This document shows positions 50,096 to 58,632 of a stretch of DNA of 64,000 bases, piece after piece. The notes beneath the pieces were generated by a model. It was not told the origin of the DNA. It did no database searches and worked only from the letters and a program-made list of their open reading frames with translations. This stretch comes from Bacteroidales bacterium. GTDB lineage: Bacteria > Bacteroidota > Bacteroidia > Bacteroidales > VadinHA17. Positions within the stretch are counted from its first letter, which is position 1. Every line of letters begins with the position of its first letter. The position numbers were made by a program, and so were the translations under genes. The DNA lies in assembly GCA_003141895.1 (NCBI GenBank), contig PLNT01000018.1, positions 257,884 through 321,883 of the forward strand. Reading direction: 5' to 3'.

Positions 50096-50713
50096 ATGAT
50101 AGAAAAAGTCAGGGAAATATTTAGAAAAGAGGCAAATGCCATTGAGAACATTCCTGTAACTGAAAGTTTTGAAGTTGCAGTTGATATTATTTACAGGCAT
50201 GTTCATGAAAAAAACGGGAAACTGGTAACCAGCGGAATGGGAAAAGCCGGACAGATAGCTCACAATATTGCTACTACCTTCAGTTCAACCGGAACTCCTT
50301 CAATCTTTCTTCATCCCAGTGAAGCCCAGCATGGCGATCTTGGAATTCTACAGGAAAATGATGTTCTTCTTGCAATTTCCAATTCCGGAAAAACAAGGGA
50401 GATCATCGAACTTATTGATCTGAAAAATAATCTTTATCCCCAGATACCAGTTATTGTTATAACCAGCAATAACGACAGTCCTCTGGCACAAAAAGCCGAT
50501 TGTTTCATTCTCACCGGTGCACCTGAAGAGGTATGTATTCTCGGTCTTACTCCTACTACTTCAACAACGATGATGACTGTTATCGGCGATGCACTTGTTG
50601 TGCTCCTGATGACTAAAATCAAATTTAACGCCGATGATTATGCCAAAAGGCATCACGGGGGATATCTTGGGATGAAATCAAGAGAAATTTCGGGTAAGAA
50701 TAACCACTTTTAA
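50096..50713 (+). CDS. SIS-domain sugar-phosphate isomerase-like protein (KpsF/GutQ N-domain type, no CBS pair)
   Basis: GKLVTSGMGKAGQIAHNIATTFSSTGTPS.FLHP.EA.HGDLG...DVLLAISNSG.T.E. Confidence 0.75.
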   Translation: MIEKVREIFRKEANAIENIPVTESFEVAVDIIYRHVHEKNGKLVTSGMGKAGQIAHNIATTFSSTGTPSIFLHPSEAQHGDLGILQENDVLLAISNSGKTREIIELIDLKNNLYPQIPVIVITSNNDSPLAQKADCFILTGAPEEVCILGLTPTTSTTMMTVIGDALVVLLMTKIKFNADDYAKRHHGGYLGMKSREISGKNNHF

Positions 50714-51186
50714 TATTCAGATCCGGATTTTTCGTTCTGAATTGTTTCCATTGTACTTTCGAGAGATTCCTGGAACTTGTTAGCATTCTCTATCCAGTTG
50801 AGAATCTTTTCACTCGCCAGGGGATATTCAGGTGAACGCATCGAGACAGTCCTGTAGGCATATTCCTTTAATTCAGCTACATTCTCAAGCACTCTTTTAA
50901 AATATACCCTGAAAAATGAGTCAGTAATAAAAAAATATCTTTTCCGGTCAGATGGAAAGGTCTTGTAATCAATGAGTTTATTTTGAAGAAGAAAATTCAA
51001 TGAATTGCTTACTGAACTCTTGCTGGCTTTAAAATATTTTACCAGCTCTTCAAAGGTTTTTTCAGGGGGATCACTGACGGTAAAATAAGAAATAATCCTG
51101 CCCTGCATCGGGGTCAGACCAAACTTTTCAAAAACTTTTCCGGTCTCTTCTATTGTCTCCCGGATCCTTTTTTCCTGAACTAACAT
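50710..51186 (-). CDS. MarR-family transcriptional regulator
   Basis: The wHTH region is FEELVKYFKASKSSVSNSLNFLLQNKLIDY. The start is taken at MLVQEKR (51186), because the upstream 16 codons of the track ORF are read from the 8-mer repeat block. Confidence 0.7.
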   Translation of the reverse strand: MLVQEKRIRETIEETGKVFEKFGLTPMQGRIISYFTVSDPPEKTFEELVKYFKASKSSVSNSLNFLLQNKLIDYKTFPSDRKRYFFITDSFFRVYFKRVLENVAELKEYAYRTVSMRSPEYPLASEKILNWIENANKFQESLESTMETIQNEKSGSEY

Positions 51187-51207
51187 AATTCCTGAATCGT
51201 TAATGTT

Positions 51208-51280
51208 TATAAAGGCATAAAGGCGTAAAGGCATAATGGTAAAAGTTAAATTGATTTGCCCTTAAGCCTTTAGGCCTTTT
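51208..51280. repeat. Hairpin of inverted 8-mer repeats (ATAAAGGC x3-4 versus GCCTTTAG-type)
   Basis: tataaaggcataaaggcgtaaaggcataatgg / spacer / gcccttaagcctttaggcctttt. Confidence 0.9.
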
Positions 51281-51424
51281 ATTGTACAAATTTAATTTAA
51301 ATCCGAATCAGTTCTATAGCTTTTGAACTAAAAAAACAAATTTATTTTTTCTTGCTTCCGTCAGATAAAAAGATTAGTTTTGAAAGCTTCAGTATAAAAA
51401 TATGTTAAAATTAAATCCATATCT

Positions 51425-52765
51425 ATGACTACCGGCACCCCTATTAACGCTATCAGTAGAAAAGATTATATCTTTTCAGTTTCAATCATCGGACTGTTCT
51501 TTTTTATTTTCGGATTTGTTACCTGGCTTAATGGAATTCTTATCCCATTTCTTAAAACAGCATGTGAACTGAACAATTTTCAGGCATATTTTGTAACGTC
51601 TGCATTTTATATCTCCTACCTTGTAATGGCTTTGCCTTCTTCAGCACTGCTTAAAAAAACCGGATTTAAAAATGGAATGACTGTCGGTTTATGGATTATG
51701 GCAGCAGGTGCTCTGATCTTTATACCAGCAGCAATGACCAGAACATTCGGCCTTTTCCTCCTGGGCTTATTTGTTGAAGGCACAGGATTGGCTCTTCTGC
51801 AGACAGCATCTAATCCCTATATAACAATTATTGGCCCACCTGAAAGTGCTGCGAAAAGAATCAGCATAATGGGAATCGCAAATAAATTTGCCGGAGTTCT
51901 TGCCCCTATTATACTTGCCAGCATTATATTAAAAGATGCAAATATTCTCGAACAAAAACTTTCACAGGCCGCTGACGCAGCTTCCAGGGCAGTTTTACTC
52001 AACGACCTGGCCAGCAGGGTAATATTTCCATATATCGTTATGTCGGTAATTCTTGTCCTCCTGGGACTGTTACTCCGTTTTGCCCATCTCCCTGAAATTG
52101 ACACCGATGCAGAAGATGCTGCAAGCAGTGAATCAAATCTGAATAAAACAAGTGTATGGCAATTTCCACACCTGATAATCGGTGTGATTACATTCTTCTT
52201 TTACGTCGGTGTTGAAGTTATTGCCGGTGATACGATCATAAGATATGGTCAATCGCTTGGAGTAGCTATGAGCTCAGCAAAGTATTTCACTTCTCTTACA
52301 TTGCTCAGCATGATTGTGGGATATCTTTTAGGGATAACATTTATACCAAAATATATCAGACAGGTTACAGCATTGAAAATCTGTGCAATTCTTGGTGTAA
52401 TCTTTGCTCTTGCAGCAATTATAAGCCCTTCCCATCTGACTTTTACAATTCCATTTATTGATATCGTTACTTTTTCACCATTAAAACTTGTTTTGCCTTT
52501 AACAGTTCTTTTTGTTGCTTTAATGGGTCTCGCAAATTCACTGATGTGGCCGGCACTATGGCCAATGACAATAAACGGCCTTGGCAGGTTTACAAAAACT
52601 GCTTCGGCTATGATCATTATGGCAATTGCAGGTGGTGCTATTCTCCCATTGTTATATGGGAAACTGGCAGATATTTTTTCAACCCAGTCAGCATACTGGA
52701 TATGCGTTCCTGCATACCTTATCATAATGTATTACGCTTTTATCGGACATAAAGCGGGGAAATAA
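51425..52765 (+). CDS. MFS sugar transporter of the FHS (fucose/glucose/galactose:H+ symporter) type
   Basis: 446 aa and about 12 transmembrane helices. The N-terminus FFIFGFVTWLNGILIPFLK..CEL...QAY.V..AFYISY is characteristic of FucP/GluP-like permeases. Confidence 0.8.
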   Translation: MTTGTPINAISRKDYIFSVSIIGLFFFIFGFVTWLNGILIPFLKTACELNNFQAYFVTSAFYISYLVMALPSSALLKKTGFKNGMTVGLWIMAAGALIFIPAAMTRTFGLFLLGLFVEGTGLALLQTASNPYITIIGPPESAAKRISIMGIANKFAGVLAPIILASIILKDANILEQKLSQAADAASRAVLLNDLASRVIFPYIVMSVILVLLGLLLRFAHLPEIDTDAEDAASSESNLNKTSVWQFPHLIIGVITFFFYVGVEVIAGDTIIRYGQSLGVAMSSAKYFTSLTLLSMIVGYLLGITFIPKYIRQVTALKICAILGVIFALAAIISPSHLTFTIPFIDIVTFSPLKLVLPLTVLFVALMGLANSLMWPALWPMTINGLGRFTKTASAMIIMAIAGGAILPLLYGKLADIFSTQSAYWICVPAYLIIMYYAFIGHKAGK

Positions 52766-52766
52766 T

Positions 52767-53861
52767 ATGGTTTATAACCTGAAGGAAATATTTGATTATT
52801 TCGACGCTGATGGTACGTTTTTAAAAGGAGAACCATACGGCAGCGGACATATTCATGATACCTTCAGGATTGAAACCGTTGAAGCAGAGAAAGATGACTA
52901 TATTCTTCAACGGCTCAACAATAGGATATTTAAAAATATTCCTGAACTTCAGCATAATATTGAAAGAGTTACAGTCCATCTCAGGAATAAGTTAAGCTCT
53001 ATTCCTGGTTCAGATATTAAAAGGGAATGTCTGCAGCTGATCCCTACCGGGGAAGGTAAAACCTGGTTAGTTGATAATGATGGCAACTATTGGAGGATGT
53101 ATATATTCATTTCCAACCATCATTCCTTCAATGTTGTTGACAGTCCGGATGAAGCCTTCGAAGGTGGAAAAGCAATAGGTCGTTTTCAGGCAATGTTATC
53201 GGATATGCCGGGAGGCCAATTGTTTGAAACAATACCATCGTTCCATGATATCGAAAAAAGACTTGAGGCATTTTTCAAAAAAGTAAATGAAAATCCGGTC
53301 GGCCGTGTTGAGTCAGTAAAGAAAGAAATAGATCAGATCAGCAGAAGGACTGATGAAATGAAAATAATACTCCGTTTAGGAAAAGAAGGCAAAATACCTC
53401 TCCGGATCACTCACAATGACACAAAGTTCAATAATATACTGCTCGATGAGAATAATAAGGCATTGTGTGTTATTGATCTTGATACCGTCATGCCAGGATA
53501 TATTCATTATGATTTTGGGGATGCAATAAGAACAGCTGCAAACACAACCTCTGAAGATGAGGATGATCTATCAAAAGTTAAAATGGATATTAGTCTTTTT
53601 AAAGCATATGCTGAGGGCTATCTTTCGGAAACTATTTCAACACTGAATGACATTGAAATAGAATATCTTGCATTCGCTCCAAAGCTGATTACCTACACAA
53701 TCGCGGTACGTTTTCTGACCGATTTTATTGACGGTGATAATTATTTCAAAATACATCATAAATTTCATAATCTTCAACGAACCAGGGCCCAGTTGAGTCT
53801 GGTAATGAGCATGGAGGAACAATATGAAGAGATGAAGAAGATCATAAGAAACCTTACGTAG
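52767..53861 (+). CDS. APH-fold anomeric sugar kinase, N-acetylhexosamine 1-kinase (NahK)-like
   Basis: EPYGSGHIHDTFRIE...YILQRLNNRIF parallels the NahK EPYGDGHINTTY...YILQ..N..IF. The catalytic region is ITHNDTKFNNILLD...VIDLDTVMPG. The start is 1 nt after the MFS stop. Confidence 0.65.
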   Translation: MVYNLKEIFDYFDADGTFLKGEPYGSGHIHDTFRIETVEAEKDDYILQRLNNRIFKNIPELQHNIERVTVHLRNKLSSIPGSDIKRECLQLIPTGEGKTWLVDNDGNYWRMYIFISNHHSFNVVDSPDEAFEGGKAIGRFQAMLSDMPGGQLFETIPSFHDIEKRLEAFFKKVNENPVGRVESVKKEIDQISRRTDEMKIILRLGKEGKIPLRITHNDTKFNNILLDENNKALCVIDLDTVMPGYIHYDFGDAIRTAANTTSEDEDDLSKVKMDISLFKAYAEGYLSETISTLNDIEIEYLAFAPKLITYTIAVRFLTDFIDGDNYFKIHHKFHNLQRTRAQLSLVMSMEEQYEEMKKIIRNLT

Positions 53862-53940
53862 GCGTGAGGTGAAGACTTAAAGACTTAAAGACTTAAAGAC
53901 TTAGAGACTATATAAACGATAAACGCGGAACGAGAAACGA
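53861..53940. repeat. Tandem 8-mers (AAGACTTA x4) followed by AAACGA-type short repeats
   Basis: gtgaagacttaaagacttaaagacttaaagacttagagact...aaacgataaacgcggaacgagaaacga. Confidence 0.9.
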
Positions 53941-53942
53941 TT

Positions 53943-54557
53943 ATGGATTGGACAAAAGAAGAAGCAAAATTTCTGGAGACTTTAAATGATCCTGATAAAA
54001 TTCAGGGATTTCTCGATACAGTCGATTATAACCCCAAATACGAATGCAAATCTCCTCGCTGGGTAATGAGGAAAAGATCAGCTCATTGTTTTGAAGGCGC
54101 TCTCTTTGCTGCCGCAGCATTGCAGTTTAAAGGATATAAACCACTCATAGTTGACATGAAATCTCAAAACGATGATGATCATGTACTGGCTGTGTTTAAA
54201 AAAGATGGCTATTGGGGTGCCATCGGCAAATCAAATTTTACCACATTAAGATACAGGGAACCTGTTTATCGCGACCTGCGTGAACTCATTATGTCTTATT
54301 TTGATTTCTATTTTAATATGAATGGGTATAAATCATTGCGATCGTATTCAATTCCGCTCGACCTAACTGTTTATAACAAGCTTAACTGGGCAACTACTGA
54401 TGATGACCTTGAGTATATTGGAGATAAACTGGAAAAAATCCGTCATTACCCGGTTTTGTCTGAAAATATGATCAAAAATCTGAAAACAGCCAGTGATGTT
54501 GTTGTAAAAGCAGGCTTGATGGGATCGAAGGCTGAAGGATTGTTTAAACCAAAATAG
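53943..54557 (+). CDS. Transglutaminase-like/cysteine-peptidase-like hypothetical protein
   Basis: A possible Cys-His-Asp arrangement (RSAHCFEGALFAAAAL ... DDDHVLAVF ...). This is a weak assignment. Confidence 0.35.
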   Translation: MDWTKEEAKFLETLNDPDKIQGFLDTVDYNPKYECKSPRWVMRKRSAHCFEGALFAAAALQFKGYKPLIVDMKSQNDDDHVLAVFKKDGYWGAIGKSNFTTLRYREPVYRDLRELIMSYFDFYFNMNGYKSLRSYSIPLDLTVYNKLNWATTDDDLEYIGDKLEKIRHYPVLSENMIKNLKTASDVVVKAGLMGSKAEGLFKPK

Positions 54558-54686
54558 CATGGGGCTAAGGGCAAAGGGCATAGAGCATGAAGCTGGGATT
54601 ACTGAAATCAATTCCCCTCCTCCGGAGGGTTTAGGGGTGGGTTAACATGGGGCATGGAGCATGGAGCATGGAGCATGGAGCATGCA
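54557..54686. repeat. Composite repeat: GGGCNAA-type heptamers, a G-rich palindromic element, and (CATGGAG)5
   Basis: ggggctaagggcaaagggcatagagcatg...; CCCCTCCTCCGGAGGGTTTAGGGGTGGGTT (54614-54643); catggggcatggagcatggagcatggagcatggagcatgc. Confidence 0.9.
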
Positions 54687-54820
54687 ACCTACAGTCGAAA
54701 TTTTTCCTTGCTTATCATATTATTTATCAAGATATTACAATATTCAGTCTCATTGCGGTCGAAGGATATTTGTAATTAACGTGATATTGTCTATTTTTGA
54801 TACCTCAAAATAAGCAAGGA

Positions 54821-56377
54821 ATGGATTTATCAGGTAAGTATTATAAAGCCTTTATTGATCGTCAGTCGGCAATTGAAAAACAGTATAGCCCAAAACAAGC
54901 TGAAAAGCAACATTCTAAAGGTAAACTTACCGCCCATGAACGGATCAATCTCCTTTATGACAAAAATACATTTGAAGAGATCGACGAATTTGTTACACCT
55001 GCTGATCAGCCAGTTGAATTCGGGAAAGTTGACAGGGCGTATGGTGACGGAGTGATTGTTGGTCATGGAAAAGTTAATGGAAGGTTGATTTTCGCATATG
55101 CCCAGGATTTCACAATAATGGGAGGATCGCTGGGAATTGTTCATGCAAAAAAAATCGCCAAGATCCAGGAGATGGCTCTTAAAATGGGTTCTCCGATAAT
55201 AGCCCTGATAGATTCCGGCGGTGCAAGAATACAGGAGGGTGTTGCCAGTCTGAGCGGATATGCAGCAATTTTTCAGAATATTATTCATTCCTCTGGCATA
55301 ATACCTCAGATCTCAGTTATAATGGGTCCGGCAGCCGGAGGCGCTGTCTACTCCCCTGCCCTCACTGATTTTGTCTTCATGGTAAATCATACGAGTTATA
55401 TGTTTGTTACAGGACCTAATGTTGTTAAAGAGGTCCTTAATGAAGAGGTAACAGCTGAAGGACTCGGAGGGGCAGAAGTTCACGCCCGCAAAAGCGGTGT
55501 TGCCCATATGATTTATGATGATGAAGAAAATACCATTCTCGCCCTGAAAAAATTTCTTTCATACCTTCCCTCAAATAATGTTGAAAACCCACCTGTTGTA
55601 AGTGACGATGGCTCAATAAGCGATGTAAATGAAAAACTTCGTGACATTATTCCTGAGGATCCCAATAAAGCTTACGATGTCAAAGATATTATATCCCAGA
55701 TTGTCGACAGAAACAGTTTTTTTGAAACTTCAGAACTCTTCGGTGCAAGTCTTGTTACAGGTTTTGCCAGATTGACGGGTAAAACCATCGGTATTGTAGC
55801 CAATCAGCCTAAAGTTCTGGCAGGTGTTCTCGACATTGATTCATCGACGAAAGGTGCAAGATTTATCAGGTTCTGCGATGCATTTAATATACCAATACTG
55901 ACTTTTGAGGATGTTCCCGGATTTCTTCCCGGCGTGGACCAGGAACATGCCGGAATTATCAGGCATGGTGCCAAATTACTTTTCGCATACAGTGAAGCAA
56001 CTGTACCTAAAATTACAATAATACTGCGTAAAGCATACGGTGGAGCATTTATCGTAATGAACAGTAAAAATCTTGGCGGTGACTTCAGCTTTGCCTGGCC
56101 TTCTGCAGAAATCGCAGTAATGGGACCAGACGGAGCAGTCGCAATTCTGTACAGGAAAGAACTTGCTGAATCTAAAAATCCCGTTGAACTAAAAAAGGAG
56201 CTTGTTAAAAAATACCGCGATAAGATAGCGAATCCATTTATTGCTGATGAAAGCGGATACATTGATGAAGTAATTGATCCTGCTGTAACCCGTAAAAAAA
56301 TCATATCGGCTCTAAATGCACTTAATAATAAATGGGTAAAGGTGCCTGCCCGGAAGCATGGAAATATGCCGCTGTAA
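54821..56377 (+). CDS. Acyl-CoA carboxylase carboxyltransferase subunit (propionyl-CoA carboxylase beta / methylmalonyl-CoA decarboxylase alpha family)
   Basis: GKLTAHERINLL.D...F.E.D......GDGV..GHG.V.GR.....AQDFT..GGSLG...A.KI......A...G.P...L.DSGGARIQEG. The ATG is at 54821. Confidence 0.9.
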   Translation: MDLSGKYYKAFIDRQSAIEKQYSPKQAEKQHSKGKLTAHERINLLYDKNTFEEIDEFVTPADQPVEFGKVDRAYGDGVIVGHGKVNGRLIFAYAQDFTIMGGSLGIVHAKKIAKIQEMALKMGSPIIALIDSGGARIQEGVASLSGYAAIFQNIIHSSGIIPQISVIMGPAAGGAVYSPALTDFVFMVNHTSYMFVTGPNVVKEVLNEEVTAEGLGGAEVHARKSGVAHMIYDDEENTILALKKFLSYLPSNNVENPPVVSDDGSISDVNEKLRDIIPEDPNKAYDVKDIISQIVDRNSFFETSELFGASLVTGFARLTGKTIGIVANQPKVLAGVLDIDSSTKGARFIRFCDAFNIPILTFEDVPGFLPGVDQEHAGIIRHGAKLLFAYSEATVPKITIILRKAYGGAFIVMNSKNLGGDFSFAWPSAEIAVMGPDGAVAILYRKELAESKNPVELKKELVKKYRDKIANPFIADESGYIDEVIDPAVTRKKIISALNALNNKWVKVPARKHGNMPL

Positions 56378-56422
56378 GGGCTCAGGGCGCAGTAAATTTA
56401 ATGCTAAATAAACTTATGTTGA

Positions 56423-56440
56423 GACTGCTCGTGAGCAGTC
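56423..56440 (+). other. Intercistronic stem-loop between the carboxyltransferase and biotin carboxylase genes
   Basis: GACTGCT-cgtg-AGCAGTC followed by TTT. Confidence 0.4.
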
Positions 56441-56474
56441 TTTGACAGAAATTCTAAAACAGAATATGAATCTG

Positions 56475-57980
56475 ATGAAAATAAAAAGAATATTAATTGC
56501 TAACCGTGGTGAGATTGCTGTCAGAATTATGAAAACTGCATGTCTGATGAAATTAGAGACTGTGGCAATAAAAACAGCTGTCGAACCCAATGCAATGTAT
56601 CTATCATCAGCAGATGTAATATTTGATAATACCGATGATACTTCTGAAATCCCAATATTTCTAAATATTGAGAAATTGATTGAAATAGCAGTTACAATGA
56701 ATGCCAATGCTATTCACCCGGGGTACGGTTTCCTTGCAGAAAATGCCTATTTCGCCCAGAAATGTCTCGATAATAAGATCATTTATATAGGACCCTCACC
56801 AGAGGCAATTTATAAAATGGGGAATAAGACTATTGCCAGGAAAATTGCTCTCACAAGCGGAATTCCAATGGCAATGGGAAGTGAAGGAAATATTGCGAAT
56901 GAGGAAGAAGCAGTAGCTATAGCTGAAAAAATTGGTTACCCGGTTATCATTAAAGCGGCTTCAGGTGGCGGCGGAAGAGGTATGAGAATTGTTCGGAAGG
57001 CTGATGAAATGGAGAAGATGTTTATCATTGCCAGTAAAGAAGCTGAGATAGCATTCCACGATCCATCGGTATTTGTTGAAAAATACATTGAAAATCCAAA
57101 ACATATTGAATTTCAAATACTTGGAGACACCAAAGGCAACATAGTACATCTTGGAGAACGGGAATGTTCAATTCAGCGAAAACATCAGAAGCTTCTTGAG
57201 GAAGCGCCATCATCAGCACTTGATGACAAGCTTCGGAAAAAAATGGGAGATATGGCAGTTGAAATTGCCAGAGCTGTTAATTATCATTCAGCAGGTACAG
57301 TGGAATTCCTTCTTGATTCTGAAAAGAATTTCTATTTCATGGAAATGAACACCAGAATACAGGTTGAACATCCTGTAACGGAGCTTATAACAGGGTTAGA
57401 TTTGATAGAACAGCAGATCAGAATTGCCAATGGTGAAGAACTCTCATTCAAACAAAAAGACATTAAATTAAAGGGATGGGCAATAGAATGCAGGATAAAT
57501 GCTGAAGATGTGCAGGCTGGTTTTGCCCCTGATCCCGGGAAAATAGAAAGTCTGCATATGCCAGCCGATCAGAATATACGGATAGATACCGGTGTCCAGG
57601 CAGGATCTTCAATTGTAGCCAGTTATGATTCAATGATAGCTAAACTGATTGTAAAAGGCAAAGACAGAAAGGATGCGATTAAAAACTGCAAGATGGCTCT
57701 TGATAAAGTGTGGATAAAGGGAACCAAAACAACACTGCCTTTCTTTCGAATGCTGGTAAGGCATCCAAAATTTCAGGATGGAACCTTTACAACATCGTTT
57801 ATTGAAAAAGATCTTGAAAAGTACTATTTCAACAGTGAATATGAAGAGATGCTTGCAGCATGGCTGGCAACAAAACTTTTTATTGAAGAAAATCTTAATG
57901 ATGATAGTATAAATGTCAATTTCGAACATGGAAAAGTAATGAGCCCATGGCTGTTGAATAAACGTATAAATCAATTTTAA
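56475..57980 (+). CDS. accC: Biotin carboxylase subunit
   Basis: MKIKRILIANRGEIAVRI...HPGYGFLAEN..FA......GP......MG.K..A......P...G...; ATP-grasp motif GGGGRGMRIV; EMNTRIQVEHPVTE. Confidence 0.9.
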   Translation: MKIKRILIANRGEIAVRIMKTACLMKLETVAIKTAVEPNAMYLSSADVIFDNTDDTSEIPIFLNIEKLIEIAVTMNANAIHPGYGFLAENAYFAQKCLDNKIIYIGPSPEAIYKMGNKTIARKIALTSGIPMAMGSEGNIANEEEAVAIAEKIGYPVIIKAASGGGGRGMRIVRKADEMEKMFIIASKEAEIAFHDPSVFVEKYIENPKHIEFQILGDTKGNIVHLGERECSIQRKHQKLLEEAPSSALDDKLRKKMGDMAVEIARAVNYHSAGTVEFLLDSEKNFYFMEMNTRIQVEHPVTELITGLDLIEQQIRIANGEELSFKQKDIKLKGWAIECRINAEDVQAGFAPDPGKIESLHMPADQNIRIDTGVQAGSSIVASYDSMIAKLIVKGKDRKDAIKNCKMALDKVWIKGTKTTLPFFRMLVRHPKFQDGTFTTSFIEKDLEKYYFNSEYEEMLAAWLATKLFIEENLNDDSINVNFEHGKVMSPWLLNKRINQF

Positions 57981-57994
57981 ACCATGCTGTTGTT

Positions 57995-58522
57995 ATGGTG
58001 AACGACAAACTTCACATAAAAAAATTATATGCACTATCTTCCGAAAACCGGAAATACAGCTTTTCTCTTCCTTTGAAACACACCATCAGAATAGGTAAAA
58101 GGGATTATGAAGTCAAGCTTAAATCTGATGACAAATACGGTACTTATATACTGTGGAAGAACCGGAAATATCCAGTTGAGATTATTCGCTCGAGTCAGAA
58201 TAAATATGAAATTCTTTTTAACGATATAAGTTATACTTTTACCGTGGAGACGCCTTTCTCACTAAAACGGAAGAAAGTAATTGACTCAACCCGCGGTAAA
58301 ATTGAAAAAGAGACAATTAAAGCTCCAATGCCAGGCAAAATAATTGATGTGATTGTAAGAGAAGGCTCTACTGTTCTAAGGGGAGAACCTCTTCTGATTC
58401 TGGAGGCAATGAAGATGCAGAATGAAATAATCTCCCCGGTAAATGGTACTATTGTTAAAGTATTGGCTAAACCTAATTCCAATGTAATGAAGGATGACGT
58501 CCTTCTGGAAATAAAGCTATAG
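57995..58522 (+). CDS. Biotin carboxyl carrier protein (biotinyl domain at the C-terminus)
   Basis: The C-terminal APMPGKIIDV.V..G..V..G..L.ILEAMKMQNEI.SP..G contains the EAMKM biotinylation motif. Confidence 0.85.
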   Translation: MVNDKLHIKKLYALSSENRKYSFSLPLKHTIRIGKRDYEVKLKSDDKYGTYILWKNRKYPVEIIRSSQNKYEILFNDISYTFTVETPFSLKRKKVIDSTRGKIEKETIKAPMPGKIIDVIVREGSTVLRGEPLLILEAMKMQNEIISPVNGTIVKVLAKPNSNVMKDDVLLEIKL

Positions 58523-58632
58523 ATAGGCTTGCAGTTCCCGAGTTGCTCCGCTCTCGGGATTTGGCTTCGCCGAACTCTCCCGCTACGCGGGATCGGTTCG
58601 TCACTTCGTTCCTCAACTTGCGGTCTTGCGGT
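58523..58632. repeat. GC-rich repeat/hairpin-filled spacer between convergent genes
   Basis: CCCGAG-ttgctccgct-CTCGGG, CCCGC-tac-GCGGG, and cttgcggtcttgcggtct short tandem units. Confidence 0.85.
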
